DNA of 64,000 nt, taken from the NCBI GenBank assembly GCA_973895155.1, contig OZ316899.1, positions 9,794,287 to 9,858,286 of the forward strand, given 5' to 3'. The notes beneath the pieces were generated by a model, which saw nothing but the letters and a program-made list of their open reading frames with translations, had not been told where the DNA came from and made no database searches. Positions 1-11,700 of the stretch are shown piece after piece. A program made the translations under genes and the position numbers. Position 1 is the stretch's first letter. Every line of letters begins with the position of its first letter. This DNA comes from Marsupella aquatica. Its lineage: Eukaryota > Plantae > Marchantiophyta.

Positions 1-48
1 TAGGCATGGACGGACGAGGTCACAAAACTGGAAGGCATCAACAACTCC

Positions 49-813
49 TTGAAAGCAGCCGTAGATAAGCAAGAGTTGGAGATCATGCAGATCTTAAATG
101 AGGAGCTGAAGATGGCCAGGTCCAAGATACAACGGCTTAACGATGAAGTTGAAGACGTATCTCAGGAATTGGAGGAGGCCAGGGATAAGATGTTGGGGTT
201 GCAGAAGCATGTCGACAATCAAACGGAGAAATTGAAGAAGTATGCCAAAGCGGGATATGGGTCACCAACTGAAAGGCTTCCCGTCAGTAGTATGGTAGGC
301 GGAAATACAGTGAAGCCGAAGCTGAAGCCGAGCTCATTGTTGTCAAGCGTGACTGGGGGCAAAGCCATGCAGTTGGTAGCAGATTTGGCAAAGACGTTCA
401 TGGGGCCAGGCAACAATAAAGTTAAGCCCCTTAAAGCCACTCCGGAGGAAGTCGAGAGCATGGCCGCTCACATTTGTGGTACTGTGGCCCTGAAGGCAGC
501 TGTGGTAGAGGTAAGTACTACGGATCAACTTGGAGCTGCGGTAACAGGTTCAGACGATGGTACTGCTTCTATGGACGCCCAGAACGTGAAGCCGTGGGTT
601 ATCGAGACCGAGCGCATCGGGGAGCAGACTTGGATTGAGGAAGTTAAGGCAAAAGCTCTCCAAGCCGTTTCCCAAGAGGATGTCGATGCAGCAGCCGATG
701 CCGAGGCCGACAAACTAGAACCCAAAGTCGAGGAAGCCGAAGGGGTCAAGCCGGAGCCGATGGCAGGAGAAGGTGCAGAGTCGGAAAATTCGGACTTACC
801 CCCAGTCATCTGA
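49..813 (+). other. Coiled-coil and acidic-tail ORF (254 aa, frame open to the window start), probably the 3' part of a transposon accessory gene
   Basis: Heptad-like N-terminal half (KAAVDKQELEIMQILNEELKMARSKIQRLNDEVEDVSQELEEARDKMLGLQKHVDNQTEKLKK), no introns, repeat-rich context. Weak resemblance to the degenerate - strand frame near 57800-57890 (ADQLQEQIDKQAITLKR). Confidence 0.35.
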
Positions 814-2022
814 CAATTAAGGAGGGCCAGTCATCGGTTGGAAGGAGGACGTGGCGGCAAGAGAAGGGCTTGGGCCAGAAGGGCGTGGCCGTTGTAGGAT
901 GGGACAGGGCAAGTAGTGCCCTGTCGGCTTAGGTAGTATTAGATGCTCGGTTCACACAGGGTTCCGGGCTAGTCAAGTTTTTTAGGTGATAGTTTTTTAG
1001 TAGGATTACCGCGGTGGAAGGCCGTGAGTTGTGGTTAGGATTTCCGCCTTTTCCCCTGAACGCGCTGCAAGGATAAAAACTTGGGCAGCGTGGCCCGAGG
1101 GCTTTTTCTTAGTCAAGGCTTTAGTGTAAATCTGTATTGTTGTGAGCACAGGAAGCTCTCGGCTAAATCTAGACCGCAGGGTATCAGTAAACCACCAGTT
1201 CCCTTGGATTTCTGAGTAATTGATTGAATTGAGTTGGCCTCGTTGCATAGTTCGCAGATTCTTGCCATCCAAGAAGTTGAGTGTTATGATATCTGTTGCT
1301 TGATTGATTTAAGTCAGATAGGGGGAACTGTTGAGCAAAATACAATTGCATTGTCTTGGTTGGAGACTGTCCAATCAAACTCTAAGAGAAAAGTGAGGAT
1401 TGAGAGTGTTTAGTCGGTGAAGTGTGGGTTGAGTCAGTCTCAAAAAGACCTTCAGTCGGCTTAAGAAATTAAGCCGTAGGGGTACATTCTGGGGGCGGAA
1501 TACAAATATACCTGAAGAAGTTAAAAGAGGAATTAGGTGTCTCAGTTGTGCACAATTCACAAGCCCAGTGAAAGAATCGGTCCGGTAAGTGTGGATCGAA
1601 GGAGAGGATCGTGCTTCCAAACCGAATAGCTGCCAAAGGGCAAGAGGACGAACATAAACGAGTGGTTTATGATTGACTGAGGGTAGTTCTTTGGGTTAGA
1701 GGTCTTGGAAAACGCGCCACAAGCAGCAGCACCATTAGTCGTCGAGCAAGCAACTTATATTAGCCAAAATCTTGTAAGTAATGGTAAGCATCATCAACGG
1801 CCTCCAATCACTCAGATGCCGCTTGTCAGTGTTTTTGGGGATAAAGTGGATCACTCCATCCTTGATGCCATAAGAAATATGACCAGTCCTCCAAAAGGCA
1901 CAGATCATATCATAGAAATCAACTTTCACAAAATCCCAAGAGGCCCTCAAGACCTCGACGGTCATACCATCCACTCTAGGCGCCTTGTCATTGGGTAGCA
2001 TGAGCAGAGTATCATGTACCTC

Positions 2023-3438
2023 CTATAAGGTAGGTAACATATCTAGATTTCTGTTCTCAGTGGCAGACGGGGAGAAATGAGTGTGTTCGCAAAGCCTCCG
2101 ACAAGCAGATCTCATCTCCAGAAGCTCCACAACACTTTGTTCAGGTGGAGAGTACAGTGATTCACAGAATGTCTGAACCTCCTTGATAATCATATTTTCA
2201 TCTCTAATTTCTTTGCCATCCTCTCCAATTAGGCATTTCATCGTTTCTCTCACTCGCTTCGCCTTGACCAATGAGAAATAGAACTTAGAAGGTTCTTTCC
2301 CCTGGCCAAGCCAGTTGATTCGGGAAAGACGCCAGTAGTAGTGTGCATCTTCAAGCTCCAGCTCGCGAACGCAATTTTCTCTGAAGGAAAAATCCTGGAC
2401 AGCTCCCAGAGAGTACTCATCCATGATAGCAATTTTAAGGAGGCAAAGTTTGTTCTTCAAGAGTGCCAATTCTTCTTCGCGAGGCACAGGCAGAGATTGA
2501 AGCTCCATGTAGCATTTCCAAAATCTCTGAAAAGCCCCAGCAAAACGTAGATGCGGGTCCGCCAAAGCAACTTCTTCCCCCTTCCACGCAACTGCCAATA
2601 ATTCCAAGTTTCCAGACTTCCAAAGTACCGAGGGGTTTGCCTTAAAGTAGGTCGCTCTTCTCCTGTTGGAATCAATCATAGGTGAGGGATTGAGACAAAA
2701 GGTAATCAGTCCAGGATTGTGATCAGAAAGCGCTGATGTTCCATCATGTTTAAGCTCGACAATCTCAGAGGTCCAGCGGCCAGCCTCGTTGAAGTAGAAG
2801 CGGTCAAGTCTTGATTGGGACAGTCTACCATTGCGGACTCTGCGCCAAGTAAAGGAAGCACCAGTAGCCTGGCCCATGATAGAGATAGCGTCTAGCAGGT
2901 CAAACTTAGTTTTGAGAAAGCGCCAAAATTCCAACTCACGACTGCAGATGAGAGGGGATACTCCAGTAGAATCTTCACTTCTCTCAGTCATATTGAAATC
3001 ACCACAAATTATCCAGCGGTCCTGAGGCAGGGCATTCAACAAGTCGTTCCATAACAACAATCTTTCTCCAGCCGAATTGGGTGCATAAAGGCTAACCAAC
3101 CCAAAATTCCCCTCAGCATGTTCTATCTGAATCCAGACTGCTCTTCCTCCGTCAAGAACGCCAGATGTTGTAACCTTGAAAGAGGGGTGAATGAGAATAG
3201 CCATCCCGCCACGGCCATCATCAGGGGGAGAACAAAAGTGTTGGAAGGAGGGCAGAATAGTACGTAGAGCATTATCCAATCTGAATCCATCAGCCTTGAT
3301 CTCCTGTAAAGCCAGAGCATCAAGAGGTGGGCGCAAAGAGGAAGCCCACTTAAGAACAACGTGCTTACGATCCGGATGACATAGTCTGCAAACATTCCAT
3401 GAGGCAAAATGGAAAATTCTCATGCTCCGTGATATCAC
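2023..3438 (-). pseudogene. LINE ORF2 APE-type endonuclease and linker
   Basis: Canonical EEP/APE endonuclease motifs SWNV, LQE, YAPN, GDFN, SRLDRFY, SDH. Confidence 0.92.
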
Positions 3439-4310
3439 TTCTTAGAGGGAGCAAAACCAGATCAGCTACACAGGGGTAAGCGTTGACTTAGCAGGTTCTA
3501 GCATCGGCAAGGCTGGACTCAGAAGAGGGTTACTTGTTATCCCAGCATGACGGTCGGCCAAAATCGCCAAAGTATCATTGATTCCATCGGGAGTCACAGT
3601 CGAAGGCATCCTAAGTTCACGTGACAAACGCCTCTCCGGTGTCACCCATCCAGCCGCATCCTGCAATTTAGAATCTGAAGCAAATTGTAAGGATCTTTGC
3701 TTCCTGGCCTTTTTCTTACCCTTGTCCTTCTTTTTATCTTTGGGAGGGGAGCGCCTTGCCAGCTTTCGAGCTCGTTCTTTCTTGATGGCAGAGCGAGAGA
3801 TGATGCCCTTGTATTCCAATAGGTCCATGTCGGAGGGAATGTCAGAGGCCAAAATGTCATCCTCAATAGCAGTAAGTTCCTCAAATTCAACTTTGACAAT
3901 CATCAGCAGCAACTGAGGGACAGGAATGGTTGCGGCAGAATTCGCATTCAAGGCAGGGAGAGAGTCCAAGAATTGGGGTCCTAGTTGAATTATAGAGTTA
4001 GATTGGACCTCCTGAAGATCCTGTATGATCTTGGGGAAGTCGGCGTTGTAAGAAAGTAATAGCAAAGAAGGGTCGCACCGGGCAGCACCAGTGGAGGCCT
4101 CCTCAATTTCGCGACTTGTAACAACCGGATAAGGGTCAACATCAGGATTCCTGGAGCTTCCAAAAAGTAGACTTTCAGTGATTGCAGGTTTGTCAGGCAG
4201 GGCATCATTGGTAGCCCCATGTAACACAGTGGTGATCGACAGTGGGTTCTCATCAGGAGGTATCAAAGCCGGGTCCAACGAGGGAATCACGTTCACCGGC
4301 GAGGGGACAT

Positions 4311-4841
4311 TCAGAGGGGGGCAGTCTCCATAGCAGGAGCAGGATCGGCAGCACCTTGACTTTTGGTAAGTTCAGGTTCTTCCTCCTCGTGTGCGCGACA
4401 GTCTCTCGCTAAGTGGCCTTTCTTGCTGCAACGAAAGCAATGGAAAGGAATATTTTTAAAGATCACCGGCTGCCAGATAGAAAGTCCGGTCTTAATCAGC
4501 ACTTCAACACTCAGTGGTAATTCCCGTTGGGTGTCCCACAAAATGCAAGCACGATCGTGGGGATAGGAGCTTAATTCATCACCTTGAATGTAATGCAAAA
4601 TGTCACCCAGGGAGGCCGCAAGTTTCCTGCGGCACGGCTCCAAAATGAGAGCATGGAAGGGGATTTCGATCCAAACAGGGAGAAGGGTGTATGATTCACT
4701 TTTGATATCAAAGGAAGGGTCCCAGGGAAAAGTAAATACGAATTTACAATCCAGAAACCAGGGAGCCTCAGCCAGCGCTAAGTCGCGGTGGGCAGGATCC
4801 TTGAACACAACCATGTAAAAGTTCTTTCCCACAAACTTCAC
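4311..4841 (-). pseudogene. LINE ORF1 (gag-like, CCHC zinc knuckle) fragment
   Basis: PVWIEIP and CFRCSKKGHLARDC (CX2CX4HX4C). Confidence 0.85.
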
Positions 4842-6569
4842 CTGGGATATCGGTCATTTTAAGTCAACCACAAAAGTCTTGTTCACCCAAAATTTGAACG
4901 TCGGGAGCAAAGGGGGTCGATTAGTGAAGTAACACATCATTGTGCAGTTGAAAAGTTCCTTCGTGTAGTCTCAGCGGCCTCCTCCAAGGACCATTCAATT
5001 GTGGTATGCAGCTTAGAAGGCCAGTCCTGAACAGATAGGTCAGCAATGCGTCTCAAAATGGGAATGCAGGCTTCCGCCTCATCAGCACGATGATCAATAA
5101 AAGGGCGATCAATCAGGGGTGGAGCACCACAAGCACCAAACCCCGGGCCAGACCCAGGTGCCGCTCTAGGAAGACGAGAAGGTCTCCCACCCACAATTGA
5201 GTCGTTGTTAGTTGCATCAGCATCCATTTTGTCCCCAATGTCCTCCCGAAAGTGATTCTCGTATGGTTCCTTCAATCTGTCCTCCAGCACATCCATTGGT
5301 AAAGGCTCAAGTCAAGGGGGGTCCCAGCGCGAGAACCCATCCATCTCAGGACCAGAAGCCCGTAATCCAAACCAACTTTGTTTATTGTTGACAGGATTCC
5401 CGTTCCCAGGATGGATGTAAGGTCCAACATTCGAGGTGCCGCCAGGGCCAGAACGGACATCCTGATTCAAAAAATTCCTGCCTGGATTGTCTCCACAAGC
5501 AAGCGGCCTCCCCGTAGCCAATGGTGCAAGCGACGGTGGAGCAGGAGAAGCAACCCAATGGCCTGCCCCTCCCTCAGCATCTTTCGTTCTTGGATCTCCA
5601 TGCAGAGTTGCTGCCTCACGAAGAGCTTGGCCTTCCCTCAAGAACGCAGGACCAAAAAGGAGTGCACCTCGACCAGAAAAGGGGGCGCCAAAGCCCGAAG
5701 ATCCCCGACGATTAGAATTCATCCCAGTTGTACATAGGGGAGAGATAAAGTCCTCCAGAAAGGGTTTGCGAAGCGTAAGTAAAGACAAAAAGGAAAAGAG
5801 TATCAAATTCAGCGACCCACAAAACGGCGGAGAGTCACTCACCGCATAAGGGGACACAACTGGAAAGGTGGTCACAACCGACACCCGATCCAGAAGAAAC
5901 ACAATGTGGAGTAACAATCGTCTTAGGGTAGCAGGAACAATCCCGGGAATAGACTAGCAACCAGTAACAGCGTGGGGATCCCGAATCCAAAGCGTAGTTC
6001 CCAGATCTCCAAAGCAAGATAATGCATGCAAATTGCCGGAGAAAGTTTCAATCCTCCAGGGGGTAAACAACCAGGGCAGTAGAGCCCACGACGCAACTGC
6101 ATCCCCAAGGGAGTCCCACCCGAAGTGTCGATTAACACACAATCTAAAACGTTTAGCACCCGGATTCCAACGAGACAAGTGCAAGCTGTTAGCCCTTAAA
6201 CACTTAACGCAGACGAGAAACATCATTTAGATGCAGGGAAACAAGCCAATTGATTCAGCACTCATAGTTAATTGCATCCAGAAGGACGCAACAACCATCA
6301 ACACATCAACGACACGAAGGACGGGCCAAGACAGGCCGTAGAATCCACACTAAAAAAACAAACACAAAAAAAGGAAAACAGGAAGGCTCTGCCAGTTCTC
6401 TCAACTCTCAGTTCTCTCAGCCATCTCCAAAAAAACAAAAAACTTGTGTGCCTCACCCCCATGCATAGGGTTGCATGTCCCCTTTGCCTCAAATCTTGTA
6501 GACATGTTCCCTGAAGTGCCTTTAGTTCCCTCTAAGCCCTTCTTGAGCCCTGCATAGGGCCCCAGGCCA

Positions 6570-7500
6570 CTTTGATACCACTTGTAAGAAACCGTCGGCT
6601 CCGAACTAGACAACAATTTTAAACATGAATGCACTCAATCTCACACTACACCAACAAGACACCACTATAGAGAAACTCTTGAAGGATCCATAGCTCATGG
6701 AAAAGTACATGTGAAGAATGAGGGAGAGAATGCTCTTCCTCCAACCTATAACCCCCAAGGGGAATCGAGATGCGTGGGCCTAATCTAAGCGGATCTTATC
6801 CTAATGTAATCCAGGGTTAACTAACCCTAGTAAGGCCAAACTAACTAGAAGCCGGGAACTGGAGTCAATTCCTAAAATGTTCTAGACCTAGTTCTAGACA
6901 AAGAGTGAGTGACAACCTTACCTTCAACTTATGGCAAGACCGACTCTGGGAGACTCTATCCATTGACCCACTTACTAACCATTGTTGCGCTTGAGACAAA
7001 ACAATGGTTTTGGGATCCAAGATCAAGGCAGGATAGTTACCGGTTGGGTTGGTTGCTTGTGCATACAATAGGAGCCGTTAAGCAATGATCGTGTTAAGTA
7101 GCAAATGCGGTTTTCTATGGGAATTGTCACTAACGATGATAGAGGCATCGGGTTGCTTGCTCGTGAAGTTTTGTGTTGATGCTCAGATACTCAAAGTACT
7201 TGGGCAAGAATGTTGAGTTTGGTGAGTGCCTTGGATGGCTAGGTCCACCACTCATCCTCCCTTGTCATTTTTCACCTTCACCCCAAGTTTCGGTGATGCC
7301 TCTACAGGCACAATCTAGAGGTTTCACTCTAGATCATGGCCTTAAACAATAGGTTTTGATTGTAGTTTAGTAGTAAGATCTAGCAACAATGTGATACCTT
7401 CCAAGTCATAATGACATGTACTAATTGAGAATTTTTTAAGGGAGGCATGAGTTTTGTAAGTCAAGGAGCCACAAACATGATTAGTCAAGTGATGTCACAA
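6570..7500 (-). mobile_element. LTR retrotransposon PBS and probable 5' LTR remnant
   Basis: CTTTGATACCA at 6570-6580 is the reverse complement of TGGTATCAAAG (tRNA-iMet PBS-like). It is followed by a 2-nt spacer and TGTAAG at 6583 (LTR end). The distal boundary is uncertain. Confidence 0.5.
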
Positions 7501-7780
7501 CAAATTCATGATGACCAAGTAGAGTCACTCATTGAGGTCTCAAAAAGGGTGTTTTTCTTCTAGTGCACCTTCCTCACTATTAATTCCTATAATACACAGT
7601 TGCACCACTTTTTAGAATGGTTGTCATTCAAATTTGCAGGGCACAAAAATTAAAAAATCTGACCAAGAGAAGGAATAAACCAAAATTGAATTATATTTAG
7701 TGTGAAGTAAAGAGTGACACGTTTTCCAAGCAAAAAATAAAGGGGAATGTCAGGGAATGCCAATGCATACTTTATGAACA

Positions 7781-8302
7781 TCTATGTATAGTACTATGCA
7801 CGAGTACTATCCATGCATAGGAAGCCGTCCATGCATAGAAATAGTATTCTCCATGCCTAGACATCCATATCAAGCACCCCATGATAATCTATGTCATAGG
7901 AAGAGTTTAATTGATTACAAATATTATATAATGTAATAGAAAACATCATTTGTGCAACGCACAAGTATTTTCTTCACGACATCTTTTGTTCTCAACAATT
8001 TCTTGGCCGACACAACATCTTTTGTTCTCACCTATATCTTGGCCGACACGACATCTTCCTTCTCAACGACCTCTTGGTCGACATGGCATCTTTTGTTATC
8101 ACCGGCATCTTGGGCAACACGACATCTTTTTGTTCTCAACAACATCTTGGGCGACACGACATCTTTCTTCTCAACGATCTCTTGGCCGACACAACTGACA
8201 TCTTTCTTCTCAACAACCTCTTGGCCGACATGACCTCTTTTGTTCTCACTTACATCTTGGCGATCATGACATCTTTTGTGCAATGCACGGGTATTGAGCT
8301 AG
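7781..8302 (+). mobile_element. Non-autonomous Helitron in the formin upstream region
   Basis: 5' A|TCTATGTATAGTACTA at 7780/7781. 3' hairpin GTGCAATGCAC (8278-8288) followed by CTAG|T at 8299-8303. The TC...CTAG termini and AT target are diagnostic of Helitrons. Confidence 0.7.
7975..8280. repeat. Minisatellite, ~35-37-bp unit, about 8.5 degenerate copies
   Basis: Unit approximately ACGACATCTTTTGTTCTCAACAACATCTTGGCCGAC, repeated head-to-tail with no unique spacers. Confidence 0.9.
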
Positions 8303-8780
8303 TTATCAATGAATCCGTGTGATGAGTAGATGATGTTCACATGAGTTGTGGTTTTGCTGGCTTAGTAATGGTGGGAAATCATCCAAAAAATTCATTGTCA
8401 TTGCATTGGTGGAAAAAGAAGAAGTGGTGTTTGGTGTGAGCTAGTATAACACGCAATTGGGGAACTTCTGCTTTAACTTCTGGCTCCTCGCGATCATTCG
8501 TTCTTGTTTATAGGAGGAAGTGCAAGTGAAAACACTCTCTGTTTTTCCTAGAATGTGTATGTATTTTAGCGTACCGTGAGGTGCGTACGAATTGCTAAGC
8601 TGCAATTGGATGACTGAGTACGACGTGCAGCGAGGCCTGGGATTGTAATTATCGCAGGGGATTGTCAAAGTTGCAATGTGAGTAATGGATATCACGGGCG
8701 GTGATGGGGAGCGTGCCTTCGGACTCCGGAGTGGATTGTGACCGGTGCAGCGTGTCAGTTGTTTACATGTAGATGGGAGT

Positions 8781-11700
8781 ATGTCGTTGTTTCGTAGATT
8801 CTTCTACCGGAGGCCTCCGGATGGCCTCCTCGAAATCACCGAACGCGTTTACGGTAAGAGGCCTTGTATTTGTTACTACTTTGATGAATTTATACAAAAG
8901 GATGTGAGATATCTATGACCTGCGTTGATACCATCTCGCGCTATGCCCTTGACCAAATGAACGTACTCGTAGAAGCTGCCCCCATGAGGTGCAGGCATCA
9001 GATTCAGGGTTCTCGGCGAGTCCAATTTGATTCCTGTGTTGCTATGTGGTATCGTTTCCAATAGACATTCGTGGGGGACCAGTGTCCCCGTCAGTATGTT
9101 TCCGTCTTCTTTATTCAGTAACGAATGTAGAGTACTTAGGTTTCGATAGTCAGTGCGGAAAGCTTTTAGGCGTGTTGGAAATGAGGTTGTATGCCAAAAC
9201 ATAGGGATTGATTCTGAAACAAGGAAATTCGGGTCGAAGTTAGTAGAAGGAATCAGGATCAATTTGCTTGACGTTGTCTCACCTTTCTTACTATGGCAGA
9301 CATCTGCCTTCCAGTGTTGTCACTACGAGTGGAGAGTTCTCAGCGTTTGGAAAGCCCATTTTTTGGTAGCGCATCACGGGTCTATATTAGCAGCGAGGAG
9401 ACTTCTGGGGTGTCTCACGAAGCTTAGGAGATCCTTTCCTGAAATGGATGGACTCGCTTCACACTCTCGTTCACTCGTATCGCTGGAGTCTTAACACGGT
9501 CTTCAACTAACTCCAAAGATGTTGTGTTTTGGGTGTACTTCTGTGCAGTGTTTGATTCTTGCTTTTCGACGGATGTATTTGAGGACGAAACGTACAAGAT
9601 ATATATGAGACAAATAGCAACTCAGCTTCATGAGCAGTTTCCGGAATCCTCGTTTCTTGTTTTCAATTTCAGGGAAGGCGAAAAGAAAAGTCAGCTGACT
9701 GAGATCCTTTCACAGTATGACATGACTGTGATGGATTACCCTAGACAGTACGAGGGCTGCCCTCTTTTGTCCATGGAGATGATCCATCACTTTCTTCGGT
9801 CAAGTGACAGTTGGCTTTCTCTAGAAGGGTACCAGAATATTGTCCTAATGCATTGTGAAAGAGGGGGTTGGCCACTTTTGGCTTTCATTTTTTCCTGTTT
9901 TCTTATTTATAGAAAGCTTCACACTGGTGAGCAGAGAACGTTAGATATGCTTCACAGAGAAGCTCCAAAAGGTTTACTTCACCTATTGTCACCATTGAAT
10001 CCCATGCCATCCCAACTCCGATATCTTCAGTATGTGGCAAGGAGAAACAATTCACCAGCATGGCCTCCACCAGATCGGTCCCTCACCCTAGATTGCTTGA
10101 TGCTCCGAGTTGTTCCCAGCTTTGATTCAGCAGGAGGCTGCCGGCCTTTGGTTCGGATCTATGGACGTGATACACATAACAAGAGCACACGTGCCACGCA
10201 AATGCTTTTCTCTCTGGGAAAGAAGAATAAAGTGGTGAGGCATTATAGGCAGGTAATACTTGTCTTCTAAACGATTGATGTTGTTGAAACAGCTTTTCAA
10301 CAGATGTGTCAGGCGGTCACCATCTGATATGAATGTCTTGGCTCAGTCTATTCAAGGCATACATCAAGCTGTCAATTGAGTAAATTTACACTACAGCATC
10401 GGATTTTCGAGAAGGTAACGTCAGGTCAGAGACAATTCCTAGATATGTTAGTGAAGTGTGAGAAGTAAGGATTTTGTTGGCTGGCAGGTGGATTGCGATG
10501 TTGTGAAGATAGACGTACAGTGTCCCGTGCAAGGTGATGTTGTCCTGGAGTGCATCCACCTGGAAAATGATTCAGACAGGGAGGAGATGATGTTTCGGGT
10601 GATGTTCAATACGGCTTTTATTCGATCAAACATTTTGATATTGTGCCGGGATGATATTGACATTTTGTGGGACGCCAAGGAACGTTTTACCAAAGATTTT
10701 CGGGCCGAGGTAAGTCTTGACGACTGTTCTGCTCTTAAAGAGCCACTAGCCATGACAAAAACTTGGTTCCACAGATTTCACCATTTTTAGTATTTTTTTC
10801 CTGAAATTGTGGAGCAAAGTCTCACGGTAGAGGAGAGGAATGTGAAAAGGGTTTCGGGAGAAGTCTTGGACACTTCTATTTTTATATGGCCAGTGGTGGA
10901 ATAGAACAATGTTGTGAGATATATCTCTCTGGATATGGATTTTGTAAAGAAAAATTAAGAAAGGTTTGAGTTAGTTTTATTTTTTCTGGTCCTGAAATGT
11001 TGTGGTTCACATTAACACAGTGTTAACACCTGCATGGATATGGGGATGATTCAATAGGTTCTGTTCGGAGAACTCGACACATACTCTTCTCCAGTTGTAC
11101 CCGTGCCGGCCCTCGACGATGAAGAGAAAGGAGGACTACCTATTGAAGCCTTTGCAAGGGTTCAAGAGTTATTTAACAGTGGGACTTGGGATGATGGTCA
11201 CGGAGATGCTGCCCTTCGCTTTCTGCAGCAACAGTTTGCAAACGTGTTTCAAGAAAAATTGGAGATGTCTCCGCTAGGAGACATGAATGGTGTGTCACTG
11301 TTACCAAGTAGAGTTCAATTGGTGAAGATGCTGGATCTGATTCTTCTCCACTATCTTTTTAAATGCAGTAAAGGTTGGGATTTGGATCCCAACAATAGCT
11401 CCTCCTTACCCGATTATTTCTTTTCAATTCTATCATGGGTGGTTCCAAAATTGATTATTTTCTTTAACTAGGGAGAAACAAATTGTTGGGGATCTAAAAT
11501 ATTTGATTTTGTGAGCTGTGCTGTGATGTAGGGACTCCATCTTCATTTCACAGACTGGTTGCTGGTCCAACCCCCGGGTGCCAAAGTAGTTCTGCCCTAT
11601 TATCACTCTCAAGCACAGGTGCTACCTCTTCAACTCCTCCAATATCACCTTTCTCCCACCCTTCTCCTTTAGGTGGAGTACCCCTTTCTCTCCCACAGGT

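Larger units (their letters stand above)
1750..6430 (-). mobile_element. L1-clade LINE retrotransposon (copy 1), degenerate and 3'-truncated inside the RT domain
   Basis: Frameshifted ORF1 fragments at 5917-3466 with a DUF4283-like segment (FYMVVFKDPAHRDLALAEAPW, PVWIEIP) and a zinc knuckle CFRCSKKGHLARDC. ORF2 endonuclease at 3438-2023. RT N-terminus KAPRVDG...WRPLMMLTITYKILA at 2001-1755, after which similarity stops. The 5' boundary is approximate. Confidence 0.9.

Noticed and set aside
7975-8280. CRISPR-like array of ~36-bp repeats
   Set aside because: The units are contiguous and degenerate with no unique spacers and no cas genes, in a eukaryotic context. It is a minisatellite.
11300-11373. 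Possible frameshift in formin exon 4 (an alternative frame reads GEDAGSDSSPLS)
   Set aside because: A GT donor at 11374 joins the 11532 acceptor in phase without any frameshift. RNA-seq would be needed to claim otherwise.
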